Shown here piece after piece: positions 23,091-32,891 of a stretch of 64,000 bases of DNA (its first letter is position 1; each line of letters opens with the position of its first letter). The stretch lies in sequence record SRR16203515_705; one strand, written 5' to 3'. A program made the position numbers and the translations under genes. The notes beneath the pieces are model-generated. The model was not told where the DNA came from, did no database searches, and saw nothing but the letters and a program-made list of their open reading frames with translations.

Positions 23091-24062
23091 ATGACAGAGA
23101 GTTCTTTCCTTTCTGATGCTCGACGCGTAATCGAATGTGAGCGCGAGGCGCTTGACACCGTAAGTCGCCACCTCGATTCGGATTTCTCACGGGCCTGCGA
23201 AGCGATCATCACCTGCGCGGGTCGAATCGTCGTCACCGGCACAGGAAAATCGGGTCAAATCGGAAGCAAAATCGCTTCAACTCTTGCAAGCACAGGCACG
23301 CCCTCCTTTTTTGTGCATTCGGGAGAAGCCAGTCACGGTGATCTTGGCATGATCACACCAGATGACATCGTCATCGCAATTTCGAACTCGGGCGAAACAC
23401 CGGAGATCCAGACGATTGTGCCCATCTTAAAGCGAATGGAAGTGACGCTAATCGCAATGACCGGCAGTTTAACTTCAACGCTCGCACGCGCATCTACGTT
23501 TACCTTGAACATTGGTGTCGATCGTGAAGCCTGTCCTCATGATCTAGCGCCCACGGCAAGCACGACTGCCACACTGGCACTGGGCGACGCACTCGCTGTT
23601 TCTATTTTAAAAGCACGAAATTTTAAGAAAGAAGATTTTGCGCGCTCACACCCGGGCGGAACATTGGGCAAACGTCTTCTGATCTATGTCGAAGACATCA
23701 TGCACACAGATAACGACCTCCCAATCGTCTCACTAGAGGCGACCCTGGTTGATACTATCGCAGAGATGTCTCTAAAACGGCTTGGGATGGTGGGCGTCAT
23801 TGATTCGGACGGATTGCTCGTTGGAATGTTTACCGATGGCGATCTCCGGCGCACGCTCTCTCAAAACATAAACGTGCATGAAAGTTATATCCAAGCGGTC
23901 ATGACTTCCTCTCCTCATAAAATATCAGGGAACATTCTCGCTGTTGAGGCACTCGAGATGATGCAACTTCACTCGATTAATGGTCTTTTCGTGGTCGATC
24001 GTAGTGGACAGCCCATTGGCGCTTTAAATGCTCTCGATCTGATTCGAGCGCGCATCCTCTAA
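23091..24062 (+). CDS. kdsD: Arabinose-5-phosphate isomerase (SIS plus two CBS domains)
   Basis: GKSGQIG, EASHGDLG, APTASTT, HPGGTLG, TDGDLRR. Confidence 0.95.
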   Translation: MTESSFLSDARRVIECEREALDTVSRHLDSDFSRACEAIITCAGRIVVTGTGKSGQIGSKIASTLASTGTPSFFVHSGEASHGDLGMITPDDIVIAISNSGETPEIQTIVPILKRMEVTLIAMTGSLTSTLARASTFTLNIGVDREACPHDLAPTASTTATLALGDALAVSILKARNFKKEDFARSHPGGTLGKRLLIYVEDIMHTDNDLPIVSLEATLVDTIAEMSLKRLGMVGVIDSDGLLVGMFTDGDLRRTLSQNINVHESYIQAVMTSSPHKISGNILAVEALEMMQLHSINGLFVVDRSGQPIGALNALDLIRARIL

Positions 24063-24069
24063 GACTAAG

Positions 24070-24510
24070 ATGAAGCAGTACCTCGATCGGGCGATTCTAG
24101 TTGCCGTACTCTGCGTCATGGCCGCACTGGGAATCTGGATGCAAATTAGTCTTTTGGAGCCCGTAACGACAGAAACCGTATCCGGGCCCGGGCGCGAACC
24201 TGACTATTACATCCAAAATTTCACTGCAACCGGGCGGGACGAGGTGGGTGTTATCTATGTTCTGAAAGCAGAGAGACTGGTGCACTTTCCCGACGACAAC
24301 ACGTCGTTGCTCGATAAGCCTAAACTCGTTCAATATGAAAATGGTCGACCCTCGCGGCGTACCACGAGTGAATCGGGCTGGATGTCAGGAGACGGTAATG
24401 AAATCTTGCTAACGGGCGATGTGGAAGTAGAGCAATTCCGCAGTAACGACGACCCTGGCAACATAACACGCACCCAGCGACTTTTAGTTCATTTGGATCG
24501 AGACAGTTAG
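24070..24510 (+). CDS. lptC: LPS export periplasmic protein LptC (short)
   Basis: N-terminal TM, PDYY, AERLVHFPDD, LTGDV; directly upstream of lptA; only 146 aa. Confidence 0.8.
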   Translation: MKQYLDRAILVAVLCVMAALGIWMQISLLEPVTTETVSGPGREPDYYIQNFTATGRDEVGVIYVLKAERLVHFPDDNTSLLDKPKLVQYENGRPSRRTTSESGWMSGDGNEILLTGDVEVEQFRSNDDPGNITRTQRLLVHLDRDS

Positions 24511-24547
24511 CACATCAACCCAGATTGATTTTTGTTAAAATTTAAAC

Positions 24548-25597
24548 ATGGCCTACGCACCCTTTCTGAGTTTTGTAATACTGCTGCTCTCCCCCTTGAG
24601 CGCGTGGGCGCTTGAGTCTGACCGGAACCAAAGCGTTTTGGTTGAAGCGGACGAGGTAGAGATTGACTTTACCAACGGTAAGCGCATCTATACCGGCAAT
24701 GTTTCAGTCCGCCAAGGCACGATCCGGATCATTGCGGATCAAATCGAACTTTTTTATGATGGAGAGCAGCTCGATCACGCCGTCGCGACTGGAAATCCTG
24801 CCGTGTTCCGTCAACGGCCGGATGGAAAAGAACATGATGTCGTGGGCACAGGTCAGACAATCGAACTGGATGAAGTCAACAATATAGTCACCTTCATTAC
24901 GAGAGCCCAGCTTCGACAGGATCGAGATGCAATTGAGGGCGAAAAAATTGTCTACGACATGGGACGAGACCGAATGATCGTCAGAGGTGGAGACGAGGCG
25001 CCGACTCGCACAACCCGTGCCGGGGAAGATGCCACGACCGCCCTTAAAACAAAAGATAATGAACGCCCGAAAATGGTTCTTCAGCCAGAATCATCTCAGT
25101 CCCAGAATATTGCGCCCCGTACTGACTCGCCCGATGTTGCCACCCGCAACGATACCCAGATCGGATTCATTGGGAATAACGGCGCCCCGGTTTTTTCCAA
25201 GCGTAGTGTAACGAGTACATCGCTTGGCACGCTTCCAAAAGGGACTGCGATCCGCGTATTGAGATCGACTGACGGGTGGGCAGAAATTAGTTCATCCAGA
25301 GCTGTTCAGGTGTGGGTTTATGGCAAATTTGTCTCGACGAGCTCAGGCGTTGGCACGGCGACTGGGTCTAACGTCAGAATTCGATCCACGCCTTCAACGG
25401 GTGAGGACTCGGTCATTCTTGGAGAGTTAAACACGGGACAGCAGGTCCGGGTGCTGGCAACTAAAGGAAGTTGGAAAAAAATCGAAGCGCCGGAGTCGAT
25501 TAAAGTTTGGACACCCTCTAGCCGACTCGAATTCTCAGATGATATGGAGCGTTGGAGTAAAGATTGGCGAGCGCAGACGCAATCGTCTTCTCAATAG
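24548..25597 (+). CDS. lptA: LptA with C-terminal tandem SH3b-like domains
   Basis: ALESDRNQS..EAD, YTGNV..QG, ATGNPAVFRQ, IEGEKIVYD (about residues 20-150); then a low-complexity linker and two SH3b-like units (NVRIRSTPSTG..SVILGEL..GQQVRVL..KGSWKKI). Confidence 0.88.
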   Translation: MAYAPFLSFVILLLSPLSAWALESDRNQSVLVEADEVEIDFTNGKRIYTGNVSVRQGTIRIIADQIELFYDGEQLDHAVATGNPAVFRQRPDGKEHDVVGTGQTIELDEVNNIVTFITRAQLRQDRDAIEGEKIVYDMGRDRMIVRGGDEAPTRTTRAGEDATTALKTKDNERPKMVLQPESSQSQNIAPRTDSPDVATRNDTQIGFIGNNGAPVFSKRSVTSTSLGTLPKGTAIRVLRSTDGWAEISSSRAVQVWVYGKFVSTSSGVGTATGSNVRIRSTPSTGEDSVILGELNTGQQVRVLATKGSWKKIEAPESIKVWTPSSRLEFSDDMERWSKDWRAQTQSSSQ

Positions 25598-25636
25598 TCG
25601 TGCAGATAATGCACTTACTTCTTTTATAAAACCGTC

Positions 25637-26362
25637 ATGAACTCACTTGCCACAAAAGGCCTTGTTAAGCGCTTTGGGCGAACCACAGTCGTGGATAATG
25701 TGGATGTCACCGTCAGCGGTGGCGAAATCGTGGGTCTGTTGGGGCCAAACGGTGCAGGCAAGACAACTTGCTTTTATATGATGTGCGGTCTGATAAGACG
25801 GGATAGTGGTCATATTGTTCTTGATGGTCAGGATATCAGCAATTTGCCCATGCATGAGCGAGCACGCAGAGGCATCGGTTATCTGCCACAAGAAGCTTCC
25901 ATTTTCAAACGTCTCACCGTAAAAGAAAATATCTTAGCCGTCCTCGAGGCTTTGCCGGGACTTGATCAAAATGGTCGACAGGCCCGAGCCACGGAAATGA
26001 TGGAGACTTTCGGCATTTCTCATAAATCGAAAGATTATGGTTACAGTCTTTCCGGGGGGGAGCGGCGGCGGGTTGAGATTGCGCGAGCGGTTTCCCTGAA
26101 ACCTTCCTTTATGTTGCTTGATGAACCCTTTGCGGGTATCGATCCCATTTCAATCATTGATATCCAGAAGTTGATAAGCGACTTAAAAAAAATGGGTATT
26201 GGTGTGCTGATCACTGATCACAACGTGCGGGAGACCTTGGGCATCTGTGACAGAGCCTATATTCTGACGCAAGGTCGTGTACTGACTGAGGGTACATCAG
26301 AACATATTCTTGCCCACGAAGAGGTCCGGTCGGTATACCTTGGATCAGAGTTTCGACTGTAA
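25637..26362 (+). CDS. lptB: LPS export ABC ATPase
   Basis: GPNGAGKT, YLPQEASIF, LSGGERRR, DEPFAG, TDHNVRETL. Confidence 0.96.
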   Translation: MNSLATKGLVKRFGRTTVVDNVDVTVSGGEIVGLLGPNGAGKTTCFYMMCGLIRRDSGHIVLDGQDISNLPMHERARRGIGYLPQEASIFKRLTVKENILAVLEALPGLDQNGRQARATEMMETFGISHKSKDYGYSLSGGERRRVEIARAVSLKPSFMLLDEPFAGIDPISIIDIQKLISDLKKMGIGVLITDHNVRETLGICDRAYILTQGRVLTEGTSEHILAHEEVRSVYLGSEFRL

Positions 26363-26383
26363 CGATCTAAAGTTAGCTCACTT

Positions 26384-27841
26384 ATGAAGCATTCTTTGCA
26401 AATTCGGCAAAGTCGCCGCCTTCAACTTAATGCTCAACTTACCCAATCACTTCGGCTCTTGCAGCTGGGGCGAGTTGACTTGGATTTTGAAATTCAAAAT
26501 AAACTTGAAACAAATCCCTTGCTGGAAGGTGTTGATAGTCTCAATTATGCAGATGACCCAACCCCCTCCCCAGAAGAAATTGAACCCCTCACTCAGGCCG
26601 AATCGGAGCCCATTCAGGAGTCGCCAGACACCGAATCAGAAATGATTTCAACCGACTATGACAGCTTGCATTGGGATGATCGACCTTATCGACCTCACTC
26701 AGAATCTAGCAATGAATTTCGGGCGGAAACTGACCAACCGATGTGGCATGACGCCGGCCAAGATTTAAGAACCCGACTTCTTGAAGAACTTGCCCTGCAT
26801 AGACTGAGTAGACCCGACGAACTCATTGCCCATGCGCTAATTGGCTCCCTCGATGATCGAGGCTATCTCCCCATTAACTACGATGAATTGCGCAGTATTC
26901 TCGATGCTCAGGATAGTCCTTCGGATAAAGAAATAGACTCAGTATTGCATCTCGTCCAAAGCCTATATTTACCCGGCATCGCAGCACGAGACCTCAGAGA
27001 ATGCCTCATGCTGCAACTTGACAGTCTAGATAAACAAACCGCCTACATCGAGGACGCAAAAAAACTTGTCAGCAATCACCTTGATCGCCTTGGAAAACAT
27101 CAGTACACCGCGCTCGGGCAAGCACTTGAAATCGACCAGAGTCGTCTCGCCAAAGTAATCGCCCTGATTCAGTCTTTGAACCCAAAGCCAGGGGAAGAAC
27201 TAACCCCATCTGTCGATCATGCGGTCTCTCCCGATGTGGTTGTCAAGAAAGTTGACCAAGAATGGGTGGTTCGCCTTGTTCGACCAGATGGGTCTGTCAT
27301 TCGAATCAGTCAAGATTATCGAAATTACCAGAATAGTCCTGATAAAAAAACCAGTGAATACATCAAGAATCACCTTCAGGATGCACAGTGGTTTATTCGA
27401 AGTCTTGAGCAGCGTGATCAAACAATTCTCAAGGTCACCCAAACTATTGTGTCGATGCAAGGCAACTTTATGGAGTCAGGCGATATGGGTGTGGTTCCCA
27501 TGACACTGCGCGATATTGCGAATGAACTTGATATTCATGAATCTACTGTCTCGCGGGCAATTGACCAGAAGAATATCCTGACGCCACACGGTTTATTTGC
27601 GCTCAAGCATTTTTTCTCCGCCAGTCTAGGCGGATCAAACGGCTCCCAAACCTCTGCGAGAGCGGCGCAAGCCAAAATCCGTAAAGTGATAGAATCCGAA
27701 TCCGCACAACAGCCCGTAAGTGATAACCAACTCGTTGCAATGCTAAACCAAGATGGCATCACAATCGCTCGGCGGACCGTCGCGAAATATCGTGAACAAA
27801 TGAAAATTCTCCCAGCCGCCCAGCGTCGGAGTATTACCTAG
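26384..27841 (+). CDS. rpoN: RNA polymerase sigma-54 factor
   Basis: NPLLE, HESTVSR, RpoN box ARRTVAKYRE. Confidence 0.95.
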   Translation: MKHSLQIRQSRRLQLNAQLTQSLRLLQLGRVDLDFEIQNKLETNPLLEGVDSLNYADDPTPSPEEIEPLTQAESEPIQESPDTESEMISTDYDSLHWDDRPYRPHSESSNEFRAETDQPMWHDAGQDLRTRLLEELALHRLSRPDELIAHALIGSLDDRGYLPINYDELRSILDAQDSPSDKEIDSVLHLVQSLYLPGIAARDLRECLMLQLDSLDKQTAYIEDAKKLVSNHLDRLGKHQYTALGQALEIDQSRLAKVIALIQSLNPKPGEELTPSVDHAVSPDVVVKKVDQEWVVRLVRPDGSVIRISQDYRNYQNSPDKKTSEYIKNHLQDAQWFIRSLEQRDQTILKVTQTIVSMQGNFMESGDMGVVPMTLRDIANELDIHESTVSRAIDQKNILTPHGLFALKHFFSASLGGSNGSQTSARAAQAKIRKVIESESAQQPVSDNQLVAMLNQDGITIARRTVAKYREQMKILPAAQRRSIT

Positions 27842-27989
27842 ACTACCCTTTCGAGGCCTCGATGAATCCTTGCATTGCTGCGTGTTGCACAGAGCATCCG
27901 CTCATCCAAGACATCGTCAAAAGCCACGTCGCCAATTTTTTAAATTACTCAATAAATCGAAACTCAATCAAAAATCACCGAGGTTCGTT

Positions 27990-28472
27990 ATGAACGAGAC
28001 CATCCAATCCGGGCCAGCAGTCGATTCCGGTCCATTAAAGGCACTTCTGAGTCGAGATCGTGTTGCCGTTAACGTAAAGATCTCGAGCAAAAAGCGTATG
28101 CTTGAGGAAATGGCAGAACTATTGTCTCGACAGTTGCCAGGCATGGATCAACAAACCGTTTTTTCAGTACTTAATGAACGCGAACGTCTGGGCAGTACTG
28201 GCATTGGAGACGGTATTGCGCTGCCGCACGGCAGACTTAATGGCATCTCAAATCCAATTGCAGCGGCAATGAAACTCCATCAACCGCTCGATTTCGATGC
28301 AATTGATGACAGACCGATCACAATTGTCATTGGCCTTCTCGTTCCTGCAGAAGCAACAGACCAGCATCTAAAGGTCCTCAGCGAGCTTGCCGGTGCATTT
28401 TCCAACACGGATTTTCGCAAAACTGTTTTCGAAGCATCCAGTCCAGATGCGCTTTTCAATCTGTTAATCTAG
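27990..28472 (+). CDS. ptsN: PTS IIA(Ntr)-like regulatory protein
   Basis: RERLGSTGIGDGIALPHGR; start placed at ATG 27990. Confidence 0.92.
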   Translation: MNETIQSGPAVDSGPLKALLSRDRVAVNVKISSKKRMLEEMAELLSRQLPGMDQQTVFSVLNERERLGSTGIGDGIALPHGRLNGISNPIAAAMKLHQPLDFDAIDDRPITIVIGLLVPAEATDQHLKVLSELAGAFSNTDFRKTVFEASSPDALFNLLI

Positions 28473-28682
28473 CAATCTCAGGTATTCTTTCCCACAAGTT
28501 AAGCGACCCCAGTTCCGAAAAACAAAAGCACCACTTGTCGCAAAACTTAGGATAGATTTGGTGTTGTCGATTTAGCGAACCTGCTTTCATCTTATTGCGC
28601 TCGTCAATGTTTAAAAATATTGCTATCGCTCTTTTAGCTTAACCCGCTCAATCTCGATCCGTTCTTTTATCCTGCTTAAAAA

Positions 28683-28955
28683 ATGCGTCAACAACTCGAA
28701 ATTGAAATTATCAATCGACTGGGTCTTCACGCGAGAGCTTGTGCCAAACTTGTGAAAACAGCGGGACTGTATTCCAGTGAAATCTGGATTATCAAGGAAG
28801 ATACTCGTGCTGATGCTAAAAGCATTATGAGCCTAATGATGCTCGCAGCATCTCAAGGCGCCCGATTAACCCTAGTCGCGGAAGGTGCCGATGCAGAGCA
28901 GGCGATCGCGGGTGTTCACGAGCTTATCTGTGATCGCTTTGGAGAGGAAGAGTAA
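28683..28955 (+). CDS. ptsH: HPr-family phosphocarrier
   Basis: NRLGLHARA (His15 region), AKSIMSLM (Ser46 region). Confidence 0.92.
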   Translation: MRQQLEIEIINRLGLHARACAKLVKTAGLYSSEIWIIKEDTRADAKSIMSLMMLAASQGARLTLVAEGADAEQAIAGVHELICDRFGEEE

Positions 28956-30706
28956 TGTTCGTACTGACGGGTACCGGAATCGGTCGGGGGATTGCAATCG
29001 GCCGCGCCCTCATATGGGATCGATCCCGTAGTGCAATTCCCAACTACCGCCTTCAGAAAAACGAGATAAACCAGGAGATCAGCCGGTTCAGTCACGCAAT
29101 TGCGCTAGTACGCAGTGAACTCAAACATGTCCAGGATAACTTACCTGACTCAGCGCCTCCGGAAACAGCCGCGTTTATTGATGTGCATCTGATGATGTTA
29201 GATGATCCAGTACTGTCCGAACAACCCATCGCCTCCATTGCAGAACACCAGATTAATGCGGAATGGTCTCTACAGAATCATTCGGATACTTTAATATCTT
29301 TCTTCGACAATATTTCAGACCCCTATCTTCGAACCAAAAGAGAGGATGTCGCCCAAGTCGTTGATCGCATCATGGACATTCTGATCCGCTCCGACTCTGA
29401 TGCTCACAAGCTAACCGATAGCGTTGATCAGGTGCTTAGTGATCAAATCATTGTTGCCCGAGATATCAGTCCTGCGGATGCCATCATGTTAAGACAGCGT
29501 CATTTATCCGCATTCGTTACCAGTTTAGGCGGACCGATCTCACATACCGCTATTCTCGCCCGAAGTCTCGCGATACCGGCTATCGTCGGACTTCATGACG
29601 TGACCGGTTTAATCCGGAACAACGATTATCTAATCGTAGACGCGGCATCTGGCGCACTGATTGTCGCGCCTGATGATGCGACACTCGAATTTTTCAAGTT
29701 AGCTCGGGAAAGTCAGCGACTAAGACAAAGTGAACTGTCTAAGCTTCGAAAAGTCCACCCCGTTACCGCAGATGGCCAGCCTATCAAACTGCTTGCGAAT
29801 ATCGAATTGCCAGAGGATTTGGACACTTTTAAAGATAGCGGCGCATCAGGAGTCGGTCTATACCGAACAGAATTTCTTTTCATGAATCGTGAAAATCTCC
29901 CAAGTGAGGATGAACAATACAAGGCTTATTGCCATATCCTTCAGTCTGTTGAGGATATCGTCACGATCCGCACATTGGATCTTGGCGCCGATAAGCAAGT
30001 CGATGGCGGGCGTAAAGAACCTAAAGTGGGTATGACACCCGCGTTAGGGTTACGGGCGATACGACTGTGTCTTAGTGAGCCTTCACTGTTTAAGCCCCAA
30101 CTAAGAGCCATTTTTCGAGCGGCTCAGTTTGGGCAGGCGCGCATCATGATTCCCATGTTGTCGAGCCTTCAGGAGCTCGAGCAGGCACTTGCGATCATCC
30201 GCGAAGTCTGTGGCGAGCTTGAACGTGACGGTTTATCCTTTAACGCTAATTTACCTATCGGAGGCATGATTGAAGTGCCTGCAGCCGCCATTTCAGCGGA
30301 TCTGTTCGCAAGCAAGCTGGATTTCCTGTCCATCGGTACAAACGATCTGATTCAATACACCTTAGCCATTGATCGCGTCGATGACACTGTGAATTATCTA
30401 TATGATCCGTTGCATCCTTCAGTCCTTCGCCTCATTCAGAATGTAATTCGTGCAGGTGAGGATGCCCAAATTCCGGTCGCCATGTGTGGGGAGATGGCTG
30501 GCGATCCAAATTTCACCCGCCTACTGCTGGGGTTAGGTCTGCGAGAATTCAGCATGGAGCCCTCTCAACTCCTCGAGATTCGACAACAGGTGCTGACCAG
30601 CTGCACAGCTGATCTTGTTGAATTAGCCGGTCAGATTCTGAACTCTTCTGATAGTCATACGTCGCATCGACTCTTGGATACACTTAACACAGGGTCAGGA
30701 GAATGA
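28955..30706 (+). CDS. ptsI: PEP-protein phosphotransferase, enzyme I (no GAF domain)
   Basis: SHTAILAR, GLYRTEFLF, RTLDLGADK, IGTNDLIQY, CGEMAG. Confidence 0.94.
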   Translation: MFVLTGTGIGRGIAIGRALIWDRSRSAIPNYRLQKNEINQEISRFSHAIALVRSELKHVQDNLPDSAPPETAAFIDVHLMMLDDPVLSEQPIASIAEHQINAEWSLQNHSDTLISFFDNISDPYLRTKREDVAQVVDRIMDILIRSDSDAHKLTDSVDQVLSDQIIVARDISPADAIMLRQRHLSAFVTSLGGPISHTAILARSLAIPAIVGLHDVTGLIRNNDYLIVDAASGALIVAPDDATLEFFKLARESQRLRQSELSKLRKVHPVTADGQPIKLLANIELPEDLDTFKDSGASGVGLYRTEFLFMNRENLPSEDEQYKAYCHILQSVEDIVTIRTLDLGADKQVDGGRKEPKVGMTPALGLRAIRLCLSEPSLFKPQLRAIFRAAQFGQARIMIPMLSSLQELEQALAIIREVCGELERDGLSFNANLPIGGMIEVPAAAISADLFASKLDFLSIGTNDLIQYTLAIDRVDDTVNYLYDPLHPSVLRLIQNVIRAGEDAQIPVAMCGEMAGDPNFTRLLLGLGLREFSMEPSQLLEIRQQVLTSCTADLVELAGQILNSSDSHTSHRLLDTLNTGSGE

Positions 30707-31011
30707 GCGGCTGCGCTTCTGCGGAACCTTTTGCCCTTCAAGTGCTAGGCGAAAGCATGTCGCCAGAATTCATTGAAGGATGTGTCGTTATCGTCGATCC
30801 GGGCGCCCCGATTCGTGACGGCGCCTTTGTCGTTGCCGAACATGGGAATGGCGTAATCTTAAGACAACTGGTTATTGAAAATAATGAGTGGTCGCTCCAA
30901 GCGCTGCAAGAAGGTTTCCCCCGCATAAGGATTGGAAGCGCAAACTTGATTCGTGGTGTGGTCACCCAGCGGTCGGGTCGAAAACGAAGCGAGCGAAAAT
31001 CTTATCTTTAA
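30703..31011 (+). CDS. Stand-alone S24/S26 peptidase-like domain protein
   Basis: FALQVLGESMSPEF.EG..VIVDP...DG.FVVA; no HTH; ATGA-coupled to ptsI. Confidence 0.75.
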   Translation: MSGCASAEPFALQVLGESMSPEFIEGCVVIVDPGAPIRDGAFVVAEHGNGVILRQLVIENNEWSLQALQEGFPRIRIGSANLIRGVVTQRSGRKRSERKSYL

Positions 31012-31673
31012 GTCTGCTCACGCACCTCCCGTTTGCAAACGCCCTTCTCAACAGCCATTACAGCGGCCTCTACCCTCGAATGCACGCTTAATTTTCTAAG
31101 AATTGCCTTAACATGAAGTTTGACCGTTCCATCTGAGATATTAAGATTTCGGGCAATAACCTTATTGCTTTGCCCCTCGGAAAGGTGGCAAAGAATTTCA
31201 TGTTCTCTCGGTGTCAGACTACTAAACGGGGCAAAATCATCTTTGCGTTCTCGGCGCTCGCCATATCGCACAAGGTCAGCAAGCACACTGGTTAGGGCTG
31301 GAGCAACAACAATTTTCCCGCCAACTATTTCCTGGAGCGCCACGATCAATTCATCCGGCTCCATATCTTTCAACAGGTAACCTCGAGCGCCATTTCGAAG
31401 TGACTCAGCAAGATCACCCTCATCGGCACTTGTCGTCAACATCACAACCGGTATCTCAAGACCCTCGTCAAGCATCTGGCGCAACACCCCGAGCCCGCTT
31501 AGGTCCGGCATCCGTAGGTCAAGCAGCACCACGTCGGGTTGATGCGCATAGGCAAGCTTGAGGCCCTCCTGTCCATCTGCAGCGGAACCCACAACCGTTA
31601 TGCCTCTACGCTCTAATAATCCCTGCAAGCCCGAACGAAATAATGCATGATCGTCAACAATAAGAATTCGCAA
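31008..31673 (-). CDS. NarL/LuxR-family response regulator
   Basis: DDH, LLDLRMP (phospho-Asp), GYLLK; HTH LTPRE...SNKVIARNLNISDGTVKLHV; TTG start with GGAGA RBS. Confidence 0.93.
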   Translation of the reverse strand: MRILIVDDHALFRSGLQGLLERRGITVVGSAADGQEGLKLAYAHQPDVVLLDLRMPDLSGLGVLRQMLDEGLEIPVVMLTTSADEGDLAESLRNGARGYLLKDMEPDELIVALQEIVGGKIVVAPALTSVLADLVRYGERRERKDDFAPFSSLTPREHEILCHLSEGQSNKVIARNLNISDGTVKLHVKAILRKLSVHSRVEAAVMAVEKGVCKREVREQT

Positions 31674-31683
31674 CCGTGTTCTC

Positions 31684-32751
31684 CTAGAGTGAGCTATCGC
31701 TAGCGTCCTTTAAGTCAAGTTCGAATAGTACTCGCGTACCTTCACCGGCTTCACTTTCGATCGTAAGATTAGCGCCAATCGAATTTGCCCGCTCTTTCAT
31801 GATCGATAATCCAAAGTGATTATCATCTGTTGGATCATGATTAAGCATTCCCTCTCCATCATCCTCAATGATAATGCGGAATTGATTCTTAGCGGGTTCA
31901 TTGAGCAACAATCGAACCATATTGGCGCGACTGTGCTTGCGCACATTAGCAAGAGACTCCTGAACAATGCGCAAAATCTGGGTCTCCTCTTCAGGCGAGA
32001 ATTTTGGCTCTTTTGACTGAGTTTGAAGCACAATCTCCATATCCGTTTCTTTTCGAAATCGCGACATTAAACGCCTGATACCCGGCACAAGCCCTTTGCC
32101 ACTCAGCGGCGCTCGAAAATGGGTAATCAATTCCCGTAACTCAACATTTGCCTCATCAATACTCACTTGGATTCGTTCCATCTCTTGCCATATCGCTTGC
32201 TCGCTATCCTGTCGCAGCGTGTCATCTAGAACCCGAATCTGAAATTTTAAACTTGCAAGGGTCTGCGCGAGTGAGTCATGGAGCTCATTTGCAAAATCTG
32301 CGCGCTGCGCTACTCGCTCTTGCTGTGATCTAAGCTCGAGATCCCGCTCTTGCGCTAGCTTGTCAAGCCACTCGGACAATCGATTGATGTCGTTAACCAG
32401 ATTTTCCAACTGATGTCCCTCTGGGCGCGGTAATCGCGCTGAAAAATCACCCTGCCTGATCTGGGAGGCCCAACGCTGAATCTCGACTAAGGGTGTCAAA
32501 GACCGTTTGGTTATTTTCATAGCCAGTCCGAACACACTAGCAACGAGAACAAATAACGTAGCGGTGAGTATTTCCGGAATAAAAGCATAGTTTGCAGAGT
32601 CAAAAATCAGGAGTGCGCTCAGGACGAGCGAAACAACGGCAAGAATCCCAATTAAGGCAAACCACCAAAACAACCCTTCCCGCAGTCCATATTCAAGACC
32701 GAAGTTTCTGCGAATTGGACGTCCGCTTGAACGATATTGTTTTGGAATCAT
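31684..32751 (-). CDS. HisKA_3 (NarX/NarQ/LiaS-type) sensor histidine kinase with 2 TM and HAMP
   Basis: ANELHDSLAQ H-box, QESLANVRKHS, DDGEG, HFGLSIMKERA; the two TM helices are separated by only ~10 residues. Confidence 0.9.
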   Translation of the reverse strand: MIPKQYRSSGRPIRRNFGLEYGLREGLFWWFALIGILAVVSLVLSALLIFDSANYAFIPEILTATLFVLVASVFGLAMKITKRSLTPLVEIQRWASQIRQGDFSARLPRPEGHQLENLVNDINRLSEWLDKLAQERDLELRSQQERVAQRADFANELHDSLAQTLASLKFQIRVLDDTLRQDSEQAIWQEMERIQVSIDEANVELRELITHFRAPLSGKGLVPGIRRLMSRFRKETDMEIVLQTQSKEPKFSPEEETQILRIVQESLANVRKHSRANMVRLLLNEPAKNQFRIIIEDDGEGMLNHDPTDDNHFGLSIMKERANSIGANLTIESEAGEGTRVLFELDLKDASDSSL

Positions 32752-32891
32752 CGTAGAACGCTTCGAATATTACCCTACCATCGCTACTTTTTAGGAATCA
32801 TATGAGACTCAAGTGATAGCCTGAGAAGAGTTTTTTTAACATAAAAAGAGTATCGGTTTCACCAGCGCTTCAAACAAACTTGATACAGGGC

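Noticed and set aside
31008-32751. Nitrate-sensing NarXL
   Set aside because: The kinase lacks the periplasmic P-box domain, and there are no nar/nap genes in the window.
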